From positions 1 to 64,000 of IMG/VR virus record IMGVR_UViG_3300025113_000003: a DNA stretch of 64,000 bases; one strand, 5' to 3'. Numbering within the stretch: the stretch's first letter is position 1; every line of letters begins with the position of its first letter. The notes below the pieces were generated by a model. It saw only the letters and a list, made by a program, of their open reading frames with translations. It was not told the origin of the DNA and made no database searches. This stretch comes from a virus. This document shows, in pieces, positions 40,117 to 48,091 of the stretch. A program made the translations under genes and the position numbers.

Positions 40117-40323
40117 TCACCAGGTGGAGTAGTCCGTGACGTCCATCTCGAGGACCTCGCCCTTCGGCCCCTTCACAGTGACGGTGACCGAGCGGCCAAT
40201 GCCTGAGCTTGCCCTGAAGACGAGAGCGTAGTCGGCACCCGCCTCCATCAGCTCACGGGCCTTGCCTTCTAGGAAGCGCTTAACGCCCTTCTTCTCTTCC
40301 TTGGAAAGGGAAACGTAGCTCAC
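40117..40323 (-). CDS. Hypothetical protein
   Basis: GTG start (VSYVSL) coupled to upstream stop. Confidence 0.55.
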   Translation of the reverse strand: MSYVSLSKEEKKGVKRFLEGKARELMEAGADYALVFRASSGIGRSVTVTVKGPKGEVLEMDVTDYSTW

Positions 40324-40673
40324 GTGATGTCCCCTTCCAACATTCCGGTATCGACCATGCCCTCGCCCGGCGCACCCGCCGCAAAGATGCGCCCGTTCCA
40401 CAGCGCGTACTGATAGCCGGTCTGCATGCAGGTGGTGTACAGGTCCTGCGGCGTTGTAAGGAGCTTTGGCACGAAGACCAACTTCCAGGTAGGTGGGTCG
40501 AGGATCAGCTTCCTCTCTGCCTCTGCCCGAAGAAGCGCCCGTTTGGCGTCACTCAAGGCCTCCTCACACTGCCACACGTGCTGCTTTGCCGCCTCAACCG
40601 TCGCGGTGGCCTGGCTCAGCTTGGTCGATTGGGTTTCAGCGCTCATCTTTGGTTCCTTCTGGTCAGTCGACAT
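40320..40673 (-). CDS. Hypothetical protein
   Basis: ORF in operon between topoisomerase subunits. Confidence 0.6.
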   Translation of the reverse strand: MSTDQKEPKMSAETQSTKLSQATATVEAAKQHVWQCEEALSDAKRALLRAEAERKLILDPPTWKLVFVPKLLTTPQDLYTTCMQTGYQYALWNGRIFAAGAPGEGMVDTGMLEGDIT

Positions 40674-40959
40674 TGATGGTAACCCGGCGCTCGACCTTCG
40701 CCGGGATCACCTTGATGATGCGGTAGCTCTTTCGCGAGTAGCTGGCGTCGGTCTCCAGCAGCCACTTCTGTAGGACATCCTCGGCCTCGAACGCGATGTA
40801 GCTGATCACATTCGCGGACTCGGACGGATCTCCCTGGTCGTAACCAGGCACCATCACCGTGTCAGAGACAAGGGCAGCGAAGTGCGGAACCGAGGGAACA
40901 TCCTCTGCCGAGTGCACGTAGATGATGCCGTCTTGATTGAACTGCCCTGGCTGCCTCAT
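40663..40959 (-). CDS. Hypothetical protein
   Basis: ATGA-coupled to topoisomerase B subunit. Confidence 0.6.
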   Translation of the reverse strand: MRQPGQFNQDGIIYVHSAEDVPSVPHFAALVSDTVMVPGYDQGDPSESANVISYIAFEAEDVLQKWLLETDASYSRKSYRIIKVIPAKVERRVTINVD

Positions 40960-42932
40960 GCTGCCTCCATGATGTGATCTTCGAAGTTGTCAGCCGGCGT
41001 CTCGAGCCAGCGCTTGCGGTCATCAGCTCGTTCGCCGTTGAAGGCGAGGTCGATGGCGGACTTGTCCTCGTCGCCATCCATGGTGATCTCGAACAGGTAC
41101 CTGTCGAGGTCCTCCATGTACGGGATGAAGTCGGGGGTCTTGGTGGTGCCGAGGCCCTTGAAGTAGCGGTGCGTCCAGCCCTTCGTCTTCTCGCCAGTCC
41201 TGTGGACCCACTCCTTGAACTCGCGCTCGGTGAAGAACTCGATAACGGTCTTGTCCTTGAGATAGACCTTCACGGTCGGCGTACGCAGGAGATTGACGAA
41301 GCCCATGGTGAAGAGCTCCGGCCAGAAGGTGTCGATCACGTTCATCAGCAGGCCGGCGATGTGCGAGCCGTCGACGTCGGCGTCGGTGGCGAAGGCGACC
41401 TTGCCGAAGTTGAGCTCGTGGACGGACTTCACCGGCACACCGATCTGGAGGCCGATGATCGTGAGGATCTTCTGGATCTCATTGGGCTCGGTCTTGCCTT
41501 CCTTCTTCTTGTCGAGGCCGAGGACGCGGGCGATGTCCTTCTCACGCACGTTGAGCGGCTTGCCCTTGAGAGGGAAGGTACCGATGAACGGGTTGGCACC
41601 GCGCGCCGCGAAGAGAGACTTGGCCGCCGAGTCTCCTTCGGCGAGGAAGAGGATGCACTGGTGCCGCTTGTGCTTCTCGAGCGCGTCCGCGAACTTGTCG
41701 ACGCGCCGGTAGTTGACCTTCGCGGTGTCCTTGTTCAGCCGACGGAGGTCAGCGAGGACCTGTGCCTGCTCCTTGGCCTGCACCCAGTCGAGGATGGACT
41801 TGACCACCTCGGTCTGCAGGAGCTTCTTGATGAACTTCTCGGGCACCGCCCAGGTGCGGCCGTAGGCGCTCGGCTCGGTGATGAGCTCGTCCTTCGTCTG
41901 CGAGGAGTAGCGCGGGTTGACGATCGTGGCGTCCACAAAGAGGTGCAGGTGGTTGCGCACATCCGCCGGCTTGACCTCGACCTTGTGCTTCTTCTTGATG
42001 AAGGCGCGGACCTCGTCGACGATCTGGTTCACCACGTAGGTGATGTGGGTGCCGCCGATCTTGGTGCGGCTCGTGTTGACGAACGAGGTGTGGGTGAAGC
42101 CGTCATCGGACTTCGCCACGCCGACCTTGAAGCTCTCACCTTCGTCGAAGACGTACTCGCCGTCCTTGCCGACGAACATCTCGATGTAGTCCTTGAACGA
42201 CCGCGTCATCACACGGGTGCCGTTGAAGTAGACCTTGAGGTGCGTGTTGGTCGCCGCCACCTCGTAGACCCGAGCGAGCAGCATGTTCATGGTATCGCCG
42301 TCGATGCCGGTCATACCGAGCTTCTCGAAGTCGGGGACGTACGTGATGCGGGTGTAGCCCTTGTCGCCCTTTGCCGGCTCGACCTTCGGGTTCCGACCGC
42401 CCTGCGAGTTGTCGGTAAAGGTCATCAGGAAGCGGTTCTTGCCGTCGCAGGTCTCGACGCGAAACTTGGTGGAGAAGATGCACGTGAGCGCCGCGCCCTC
42501 GCCGTTCTGACCGGTCAGAACGGACTGGTCGCTGTCGTCGAAGTTGGTACCGGCGCGGAGCTCGAAGATCATCTCCGGGACCCACTGGTCGTACTCGGCG
42601 TGCTTGACGACGGGGATGCCGCCGTTGTCGTAGATGGAGATCTCGCCCTTGGCCTGGTCGACCTCGACGCGGATGGTGTCGAGGTGCTTTCCTTCAGGCC
42701 GCTTCGAGTGGTCCGCCGAGTTGGAGATGACCTCGTCGAAGAGCTTCAGGAAGCCAGGGTTGAACGTGACCTGCACGCGCTTCATCTCGACGTCGGTCGC
42801 GGACCTGACGTTGGGAATGAACTCGGTGCTGGTGTGCGGGGCGATAGCACCGATGTAGCGACCGGGGCGAAGCAGAACATGTTCTACTTCGTTCAGCTTG
42901 CGGAACTTCTGTTCGATTGACTTGGGGGCCAT
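40956..42932 (-). CDS. Type II DNA topoisomerase, ATPase/TOPRIM subunit (T4 gp39+gp60/GyrB-like)
   Basis: EHVLLRPGRYIG, FDEVISNSAD, DNGGIP, GQNGEGA, EGDSA, PLKGKPLN, DADVDGSHI, YFKGLG. Confidence 0.96.
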   Translation of the reverse strand: MAPKSIEQKFRKLNEVEHVLLRPGRYIGAIAPHTSTEFIPNVRSATDVEMKRVQVTFNPGFLKLFDEVISNSADHSKRPEGKHLDTIRVEVDQAKGEISIYDNGGIPVVKHAEYDQWVPEMIFELRAGTNFDDSDQSVLTGQNGEGAALTCIFSTKFRVETCDGKNRFLMTFTDNSQGGRNPKVEPAKGDKGYTRITYVPDFEKLGMTGIDGDTMNMLLARVYEVAATNTHLKVYFNGTRVMTRSFKDYIEMFVGKDGEYVFDEGESFKVGVAKSDDGFTHTSFVNTSRTKIGGTHITYVVNQIVDEVRAFIKKKHKVEVKPADVRNHLHLFVDATIVNPRYSSQTKDELITEPSAYGRTWAVPEKFIKKLLQTEVVKSILDWVQAKEQAQVLADLRRLNKDTAKVNYRRVDKFADALEKHKRHQCILFLAEGDSAAKSLFAARGANPFIGTFPLKGKPLNVREKDIARVLGLDKKKEGKTEPNEIQKILTIIGLQIGVPVKSVHELNFGKVAFATDADVDGSHIAGLLMNVIDTFWPELFTMGFVNLLRTPTVKVYLKDKTVIEFFTEREFKEWVHRTGEKTKGWTHRYFKGLGTTKTPDFIPYMEDLDRYLFEITMDGDEDKSAIDLAFNGERADDRKRWLETPADNFEDHIMEAA

Positions 42933-43167
42933 AGGTCTCTTGGTGAGTTGCTGGTGCTATTATACACCACTGGCCACCGCAGGTTGTAACAGAGGGTGGC
43001 CTGTTACTTTCTCTCGCACGTGAGCAAGATGAACTTGCCACCTGTCGCCTTCTCGCGAATGCTCTCTTTGGCGGTCTCACAGGTACCTTGGGTGAGGAAC
43101 TCCTGTGAGAAGGAGGTAGCCGTGTTCGACGGATAGACGAACACGGCTATCAGCACCCAGATGGTGT

Positions 43168-43680
43168 TCACTCCCAGACCGCCTTCTGCACCTTGACCTT
43201 GCCGACGATGCGCAGCAGCACGACCTCGATTCCGCTCTCTGCAGCGATACGCTCCGCCTCAGCCCTTACCGTGGCCTCAGTTAGGTGAAACACCGGGTTC
43301 GTGCCGAAGGCCAGCTTGTCGGTGGGGGTCAGCGTCGCCAGCAGGAAGCCACGAGCCCCGGCGGCCGTCCTGGCGGACTGGGTCCGACCTTGCAGCGGCG
43401 CTGGGGGCGTCGCCTTGGCGACGGCCAACTCGATGGTCTTGGCGGTCTCGGACGCAAAGGTCTTGTGTGCACGGGCCAGGTAGACCAGCTGATCCGCCCG
43501 GTGCGAGCGCTTGTTCAGCGTGTAGTAGCGTCCAGACGGGGTACTCGAGCCCGTCAGGCGGGCAGGGACCCGGCCCCTGGTGGACCAGACGCCGCCGTCG
43601 GCGTCCATGTAGTAGCCGTCCATGTAGGTGTCGATGGTCTTCAGCGAGAAGACGCGAACGGGGATTCCGAGAATGTTCAT
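43168..43680 (-). CDS. Hypothetical protein (NUMOD4-like N-terminus possible)
   Basis: AAGGA RBS; YYMDADGGVWS segment. Confidence 0.6.
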   Translation of the reverse strand: MNILGIPVRVFSLKTIDTYMDGYYMDADGGVWSTRGRVPARLTGSSTPSGRYYTLNKRSHRADQLVYLARAHKTFASETAKTIELAVAKATPPAPLQGRTQSARTAAGARGFLLATLTPTDKLAFGTNPVFHLTEATVRAEAERIAAESGIEVVLLRIVGKVKVQKAVWE

Positions 43681-43692
43681 GGTGATGTCCTT

Positions 43693-43920
43693 TCAGTCGT
43701 GATCGTTGCTGTCGTACTGGGCGTCCATGTAGCCTTGCGCGCGGCCACCTGCCCAGAGAAATTCAACCTCGGTCTTGGCCGCAGCCGGGGTCAGGCCGCC
43801 CTTGATGAGGGCGTCCATGATGGTCTCGGCTCGCTCGTGGTTAGCGAGCTTGAAGTTCTCACGCTCGTTCCAGAAGTGATCTAGCGAGGTGCGAAAGACC
43901 GGGGTGCGAGGGTTCTTCAT
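43693..43920 (-). CDS. Hypothetical early protein
   Basis: 6 nt downstream of TAGAAT. Confidence 0.6.
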   Translation of the reverse strand: MKNPRTPVFRTSLDHFWNERENFKLANHERAETIMDALIKGGLTPAAAKTEVEFLWAGGRAQGYMDAQYDSNDHD

Positions 43921-43926
43921 GTAGTC

Positions 43927-43969
43927 ATTCTATCACAGCAGGCTGGGATGTACATCGCGTGCGTGTAAC
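43927..43969 (-). promoter_or_regulatory. Early promoter GTTACA-N8-ATGTAC-N17-TAGAAT
   Basis: Read directly from sequence. Confidence 0.7.
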
Positions 43970-43992
43970 CTGGTATACCACCTGGTGGTATG

Positions 43993-44508
43993 TTACGCCA
44001 GGCGATACTGCTTGATGTGCGAGATGAACTGGCCGGCGGGACTCGTGAGCGGGTATCGCACCTGCTGCAGCTGCCCACCCACTTCGTAGCCGTGCTCCCA
44101 GTACGGGTCGACGAACTTCACCGTCTTGCCGTCCTGATCCTGCGTGGCGCCGCCCTCAAAGAACTCGACGTTCCAGTACTTCTCTGGCACGATGACGCCG
44201 CACGCCGTGGCCATGCAGTTCATCGACTCGAGGTCCTCATGAAAGATAGCCACCTGCAACGCGAGCTCCGTGAACCCCAGCATGTACAGCTGATCGTAGC
44301 AGTCACGCACCCCTTTGTGGTTACCCGCACCACAGATGATGATCGTCTTGTCCTCACGTGCCCATGTGTGAAAATCCGTTGTGGCAGGTGAAGCTGGGCT
44401 GCAGGAAGCGGCAGTCGCCATCTCGCTGACGACGTGGGCCGTCTGGAGCCCGCACTGCAGCGGCGAGATGTAGTGGTTGGCAACAAAGGAGTAGAGGCGG
44501 TAGTTCAT
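43993..44508 (-). CDS. Pth2-like peptidyl-tRNA hydrolase fold protein
   Basis: ISPLQCGLQTAHVV, W...KTIII, FHED......TACGVIVP resemble the Pth2 QxxH / KxVL / D / T pattern. Confidence 0.5.
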   Translation of the reverse strand: MNYRLYSFVANHYISPLQCGLQTAHVVSEMATAASCSPASPATTDFHTWAREDKTIIICGAGNHKGVRDCYDQLYMLGFTELALQVAIFHEDLESMNCMATACGVIVPEKYWNVEFFEGGATQDQDGKTVKFVDPYWEHGYEVGGQLQQVRYPLTSPAGQFISHIKQYRLA

Positions 44509-44789
44509 GGGGCTTTCACGGTGATACGAGGTTTGACGGTGACCTGCGGCGGTGCCACGTTGACAACGGGAGCTGGCACGTTGACCGTTACGGTGCCTTC
44601 CTTAGGCACCCATTTTGCGACCTGGGTGCATGCACCGGCGACGTAGACGTGCCCATCGCTTCGATTGGATACCTGTGAGCGCAAGCGCAGCCGCTCACAG
44701 TCCTCCCAGTTATCGAGGTTGTCGACAACTACCATTCCACCGGCACTGGAGTTCAACACGAGTATCCAGACCAGAATCTTGATCATCAC
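44505..44789 (-). CDS. Small signal-peptide-containing protein
   Basis: Hydrophobic N-terminus, two Cys, VNVxxP repeats; GAGGGAG RBS. Confidence 0.55.
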   Translation of the reverse strand: MMIKILVWILVLNSSAGGMVVVDNLDNWEDCERLRLRSQVSNRSDGHVYVAGACTQVAKWVPKEGTVTVNVPAPVVNVAPPQVTVKPRITVKAP

Positions 44790-44929
44790 AGCTCCCTCAC
44801 CAACGCGCGCGAATTATAGCATTAGCGCACAGATAGCGCGCGCTGCTTCATGGTGTATTGTAGCTTGAGTGCCCCACAAAGTACACAGGGCAACCTGAGC
44901 TGCCCTGTAACAGCTGTTACAGGCCTGTC

Positions 44930-45664
44930 TTAGGCGGCGAGCAACGTGTGAGTGTAGGTGGTTGGTGGTGCGACCCTGGTGTTGCGCCACCTAATGGCGA
45001 TCTGAATGTCAGCGATGGCCTTTTCAGTGTTTTCACCTGTAACGATGGCGTCCCATGAAGAGGTGTTCTGCCAGCGGCGCTCGTCTCCAACGATAGACAG
45101 CAACCGACGGTGGTGCTCGGTGATAGCCGTGGCCACCTTCTTCTGTGCCGAGTCAGTTGACACACCGGCGAAGGCCCCCGAATAGCGGCTGCCTGAGGAG
45201 CTTGACACCTTGTCAATTGCATGCCATGAGTCATTGAGAGTGCGGTTAAGTAGGCGCTCCAACCGAAGGCTCTCCACTGCGTGAACGTAGATCTTGAAGA
45301 TGTCCCATCCATGTTCGTGGCACTTCTGCTCGTAGATGGCCAGGCCCTGCGGCTCAAGCACCACTATCGGCGCTACTGCTCCAGCCATCTTGTCAGCCAT
45401 CTCCTCATGCGTGACGCCGTAGCGGGTGCCGTTGAACTCGATGAGCTCAAAGAACTGACCGAGCTGCTCAAGGTTGTGCGACTGCGACTCGTTGATGAAG
45501 TAGTAGTCGACGCCTTCCTGTTCGCCTGGGCGAGGAACCCGCGTCGTCGTGCTCACGATGCGGCTGAAGATGTTCTGCTTTACCAGCTCATTGAGCAGGT
45601 AGGACTTGCCGCTGCAGGTGGGGGCTGTGATGGTGACGAGAGTGGGGTTGGTGAACTGACTCAT
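44930..45664 (-). CDS. gmk: Guanylate kinase-like nucleotide kinase
   Basis: TAPTCSGKS, IVSTTTRVPRPGEQEGVDYYF, FNGTRYG, LEPQG. Confidence 0.85.
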   Translation of the reverse strand: MSQFTNPTLVTITAPTCSGKSYLLNELVKQNIFSRIVSTTTRVPRPGEQEGVDYYFINESQSHNLEQLGQFFELIEFNGTRYGVTHEEMADKMAGAVAPIVVLEPQGLAIYEQKCHEHGWDIFKIYVHAVESLRLERLLNRTLNDSWHAIDKVSSSSGSRYSGAFAGVSTDSAQKKVATAITEHHRRLLSIVGDERRWQNTSSWDAIVTGENTEKAIADIQIAIRWRNTRVAPPTTYTHTLLAA

Positions 45665-46260
45665 GGATGTTTCCTTTTGCTTCTACCTTGATACCAATCC
45701 TCTCCAGGACTGGTGACGGTTCTTTGGTTGTTTGTTCCATTGGTCCACCACTTTGTTCCTGCTGTGGCAAGACCTGCTTTCATCTTAGTTTCTGCTGTAT
45801 GATATGAAAGTCGTCCGTCAATCCATCCTTCTGGACATGAGATAAATCGCTTGCTCACTGTGCCGTTGTTGCACCAAATTAACCTGCGCTCTTTCCATTT
45901 ACGACGTTGTCCTTCTGAAATATCCGGCCTAATACGTCCTTTCAATTTGGCGCTGTTTATCTTCCCAAGTCTCTGATAGAAACCGTTTTCTTGCTTCACT
46001 CGATGAGCCTCTTCAGCGCCCCTAGCACACATATCTCTAAACAGCTGCTGCTTTACTTCGTCAAAGTTCACGTAGAGACTTGCGTGAAGGAAATTTGCAG
46101 AAGCAAGATCCGCTTTCTTTCCATACGTTTCATAGAGCCGACGATGTGCAGCAATATGCTCTTCGATAGTTACGTATTCGATGTTGTCATCATCGTCTGT
46201 TCCACCTGCGTGTTTTGGAGTTTTGTGATGACGATGATAGCCTTTTATTGGTTTCTTCAT
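45661..46260 (-). mobile_element. Free-standing HNH homing endonuclease gene
   Basis: HRHHKTPKHAGG..DNI....EEHIAAH HNH motif; W.NNG..GW..GR and HTAETK NUMOD-like repeats; AT-rich relative to flanks; own TATAAATA. Confidence 0.85.
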
Positions 46261-46278
46261 AGCCCACCTCTTGCGGGC

Positions 46279-46286
46279 TATTTATA
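46279..46286 (-). promoter_or_regulatory. Perfect T4-type late promoter TATAAATA for the HNH gene
   Basis: tatttata on plus strand. Confidence 0.7.
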
Positions 46287-46289
46287 TGT

Positions 46290-47546
46290 CTATGTTGACA
46301 CACTCTTCAGGTTAAGCCAATCACGGGCTATTTTCAATGATTGAGCAATAACAATCCACATATCGAGATATTGATAGGTGCCGCAGCGGCCGATGAAGGT
46401 GACATGGTGCAGCGCCTCGGCCTTCTCCTTGTAGCGCTGGTAGAGCGCGCGGTGCGGGCAGTCAGGTAGGGACGTCTTGACTGGGTAGTACCGCTCCAGG
46501 TCGTTGTCCTTGTAGTCGCACGGCTCCTCGACCGTTAGCGTCGTCCAGTAGGGGTTGTCGCCGTGCACCGGCAGGTTCTTCCACTCGGTGACGCGCGTGT
46601 GCGGCCCGTCATGCGTGAAGTTAACGACTGGGGCTCCCTGAAAGGTAGGGACCGGCAGTGAGAAGGTGTGCATCTTGATGGACCGCCAGGGTAGCTCGCC
46701 AAGCTCGCAGTTGAAGTAGGTGTCGATCGGCTCAGAGGTGAAGACGTGATCAAACACCCGGTCCTTGATGCCGCACCGCGCGCACAGCCAGGCCTCGATG
46801 TCGGCTCCTGGCTGAACCAGCAGCTGACGAGAGAGCTCCAACCGTACAGTGATGTTCGGGTGATCCAGAATTCGACTGACCATCGCCGTGTAGCCGTCCT
46901 TAGGCAGGTACTGGTGCTTGTCCTTCGGAAAGTAGTGCCAGCTGCCGCTCTCAACGTTCGTCGGGATACGCGCAGCTACCGAGGCAGGTAGCTCCTCGAG
47001 CTCAAGGCCCCACATCTTCTTGGTATAGGGCGCGAAGAGGAGGTCACAGAGCTCCTTGCCAACGGAGTTCTCGACGTGTTGACGGGAGTTGGTGACCGGG
47101 TCGTGGTGAGTGACCAGAGTTTCAAGGAAGGCGGAATGGGCGCCCCGCCGAGCGCCAAAGCCACCGATGTCGTTGTGCCGCTCAGCGTACCACTGGGGGT
47201 GATCTTCTAACCACTCCTCGAACTGAATGTCCAGCACCTCCTCTACGGTGTCGTGGTTGATAGGCAGCGGAACGGTGATGCCATCCTTGAGCAGCGCCAG
47301 CACCCAGTGGTGATACGGTTCCCACTCGGTGAATCGAGACGCCCACTCTTGGACATCGTCGTTGGAGGTGTGCCAGAGGTGCGGTCCGTAGCGGTGTACC
47401 CGGATACCGTGCTCATTGACGTAGTCAAAGGCGTTACCAGCCACGTGGTCCCGCCTGTCGATGACCAGCACCGTGTGACCCGCCTCAGCAAGCTCGCGTG
47501 CCACAGTTGCACCGGCGAAGCCGGCACCTACCACAAGTACCTTCAT
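46290..47546 (-). CDS. glf: UDP-galactopyranose mutase
   Basis: VVGAGFAG, RDHVAGNAFD, HRYGPHLWHT, YTKKMWG, LPKDGYTAM, LPWRS, TRVTEWK, RYYPV, FIGRCGTYQYLDM. Confidence 0.95.
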   Translation of the reverse strand: MKVLVVGAGFAGATVARELAEAGHTVLVIDRRDHVAGNAFDYVNEHGIRVHRYGPHLWHTSNDDVQEWASRFTEWEPYHHWVLALLKDGITVPLPINHDTVEEVLDIQFEEWLEDHPQWYAERHNDIGGFGARRGAHSAFLETLVTHHDPVTNSRQHVENSVGKELCDLLFAPYTKKMWGLELEELPASVAARIPTNVESGSWHYFPKDKHQYLPKDGYTAMVSRILDHPNITVRLELSRQLLVQPGADIEAWLCARCGIKDRVFDHVFTSEPIDTYFNCELGELPWRSIKMHTFSLPVPTFQGAPVVNFTHDGPHTRVTEWKNLPVHGDNPYWTTLTVEEPCDYKDNDLERYYPVKTSLPDCPHRALYQRYKEKAEALHHVTFIGRCGTYQYLDMWIVIAQSLKIARDWLNLKSVST

Positions 47547-47854
47547 TCTTCTTCTCCGCAGAGCTTCACTATGGTCATTGTATCTGCTACGTACCACAGA
47601 CCGCCCTGACTTGCAGGTCGAGCGTGCCTGGTGTAGCCGTCAAACCTGACTCGAGCCCAGACCCGCCCCTTCTTACTGAGATGCGGTGCTAGCTTTCGGG
47701 CGCAGATGTGCCAGCCAGGTCGAAAGGCGTAGCCCTTCGTGGGGTGGCTCTCCGCCTGGTAGGTCTCACCGACCTCTAGCCGCTGGGATCGGTTGATGAA
47801 GAGAGGCCCCAGCGACCCGTCCCGGCGACGCCGGAGCAGCTTGTAGCCGAACAC
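47543..47854 (-). CDS. Hypothetical basic protein
   Basis: YKLLRRR.DGSLGPLFIN..HPTKGYAFRPGWH; coupled to glf. Confidence 0.65.
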   Translation of the reverse strand: MFGYKLLRRRRDGSLGPLFINRSQRLEVGETYQAESHPTKGYAFRPGWHICARKLAPHLSKKGRVWARVRFDGYTRHARPASQGGLWYVADTMTIVKLCGEEE

Positions 47855-48091
47855 TCAGATATCCTCGACCGCGTGCTCGATCTCCGCCTCGGTCAGCGGC
47901 ACCCCCAGCGCCGCCTGCAGCGCCGTGCAGACCATTCGGGCGGTGGCCAGCTCCCCGTGCTCGAGCAGGTAGTCATCGACGACGTTGAGGTCGAAGTTGA
48001 TGTAGGCCTTGCCGGTGTCGTGCTCGAAGAAGCCGAGCGTACGGACGCCGTCCTCGTCGTTGTAGACCTCTTTGTAGAACCGGTAGCTCAT
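47855..48091 (-). CDS. Hypothetical protein
   Basis: GGAGG RBS, ATGA-coupled. Confidence 0.6.
   Translation of the reverse strand: MSYRFYKEVYNDEDGVRTLGFFEHDTGKAYINFDLNVVDDYLLEHGELATARMVCTALQAALGVPLTEAEIEHAVEDI

Noticed and set aside
40974-42920. 648-aa plus-strand ORF and similar long antisense ORFs (47-889, 2603-3748, 4340-5365, 6930-7940, 52204-53211)
   Set aside because: They lie opposite well-supported genes; in GC-rich DNA with C/G-ending codons the antisense frame lacks stops, and they contain no recognisable motifs.
38553-42932. Topoisomerase subunits separated by small ORFs read as a disruption
   Set aside because: Both subunits are intact with their own promoters; separated topoisomerase II genes are normal in T4-like phages.
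45661-46290. Group I intron housing the HNH gene
   Set aside because: Flanking glf and gmk are each complete ORFs abutting the HNH gene, leaving no room for an intron core.
47547-47597. Upstream N-terminal extensions in the ORF track (glf, DnaJ, phoH, helicase, 6891-8006)
   Set aside because: Downstream starts match family N-termini, RBS positions and stop/start coupling better.
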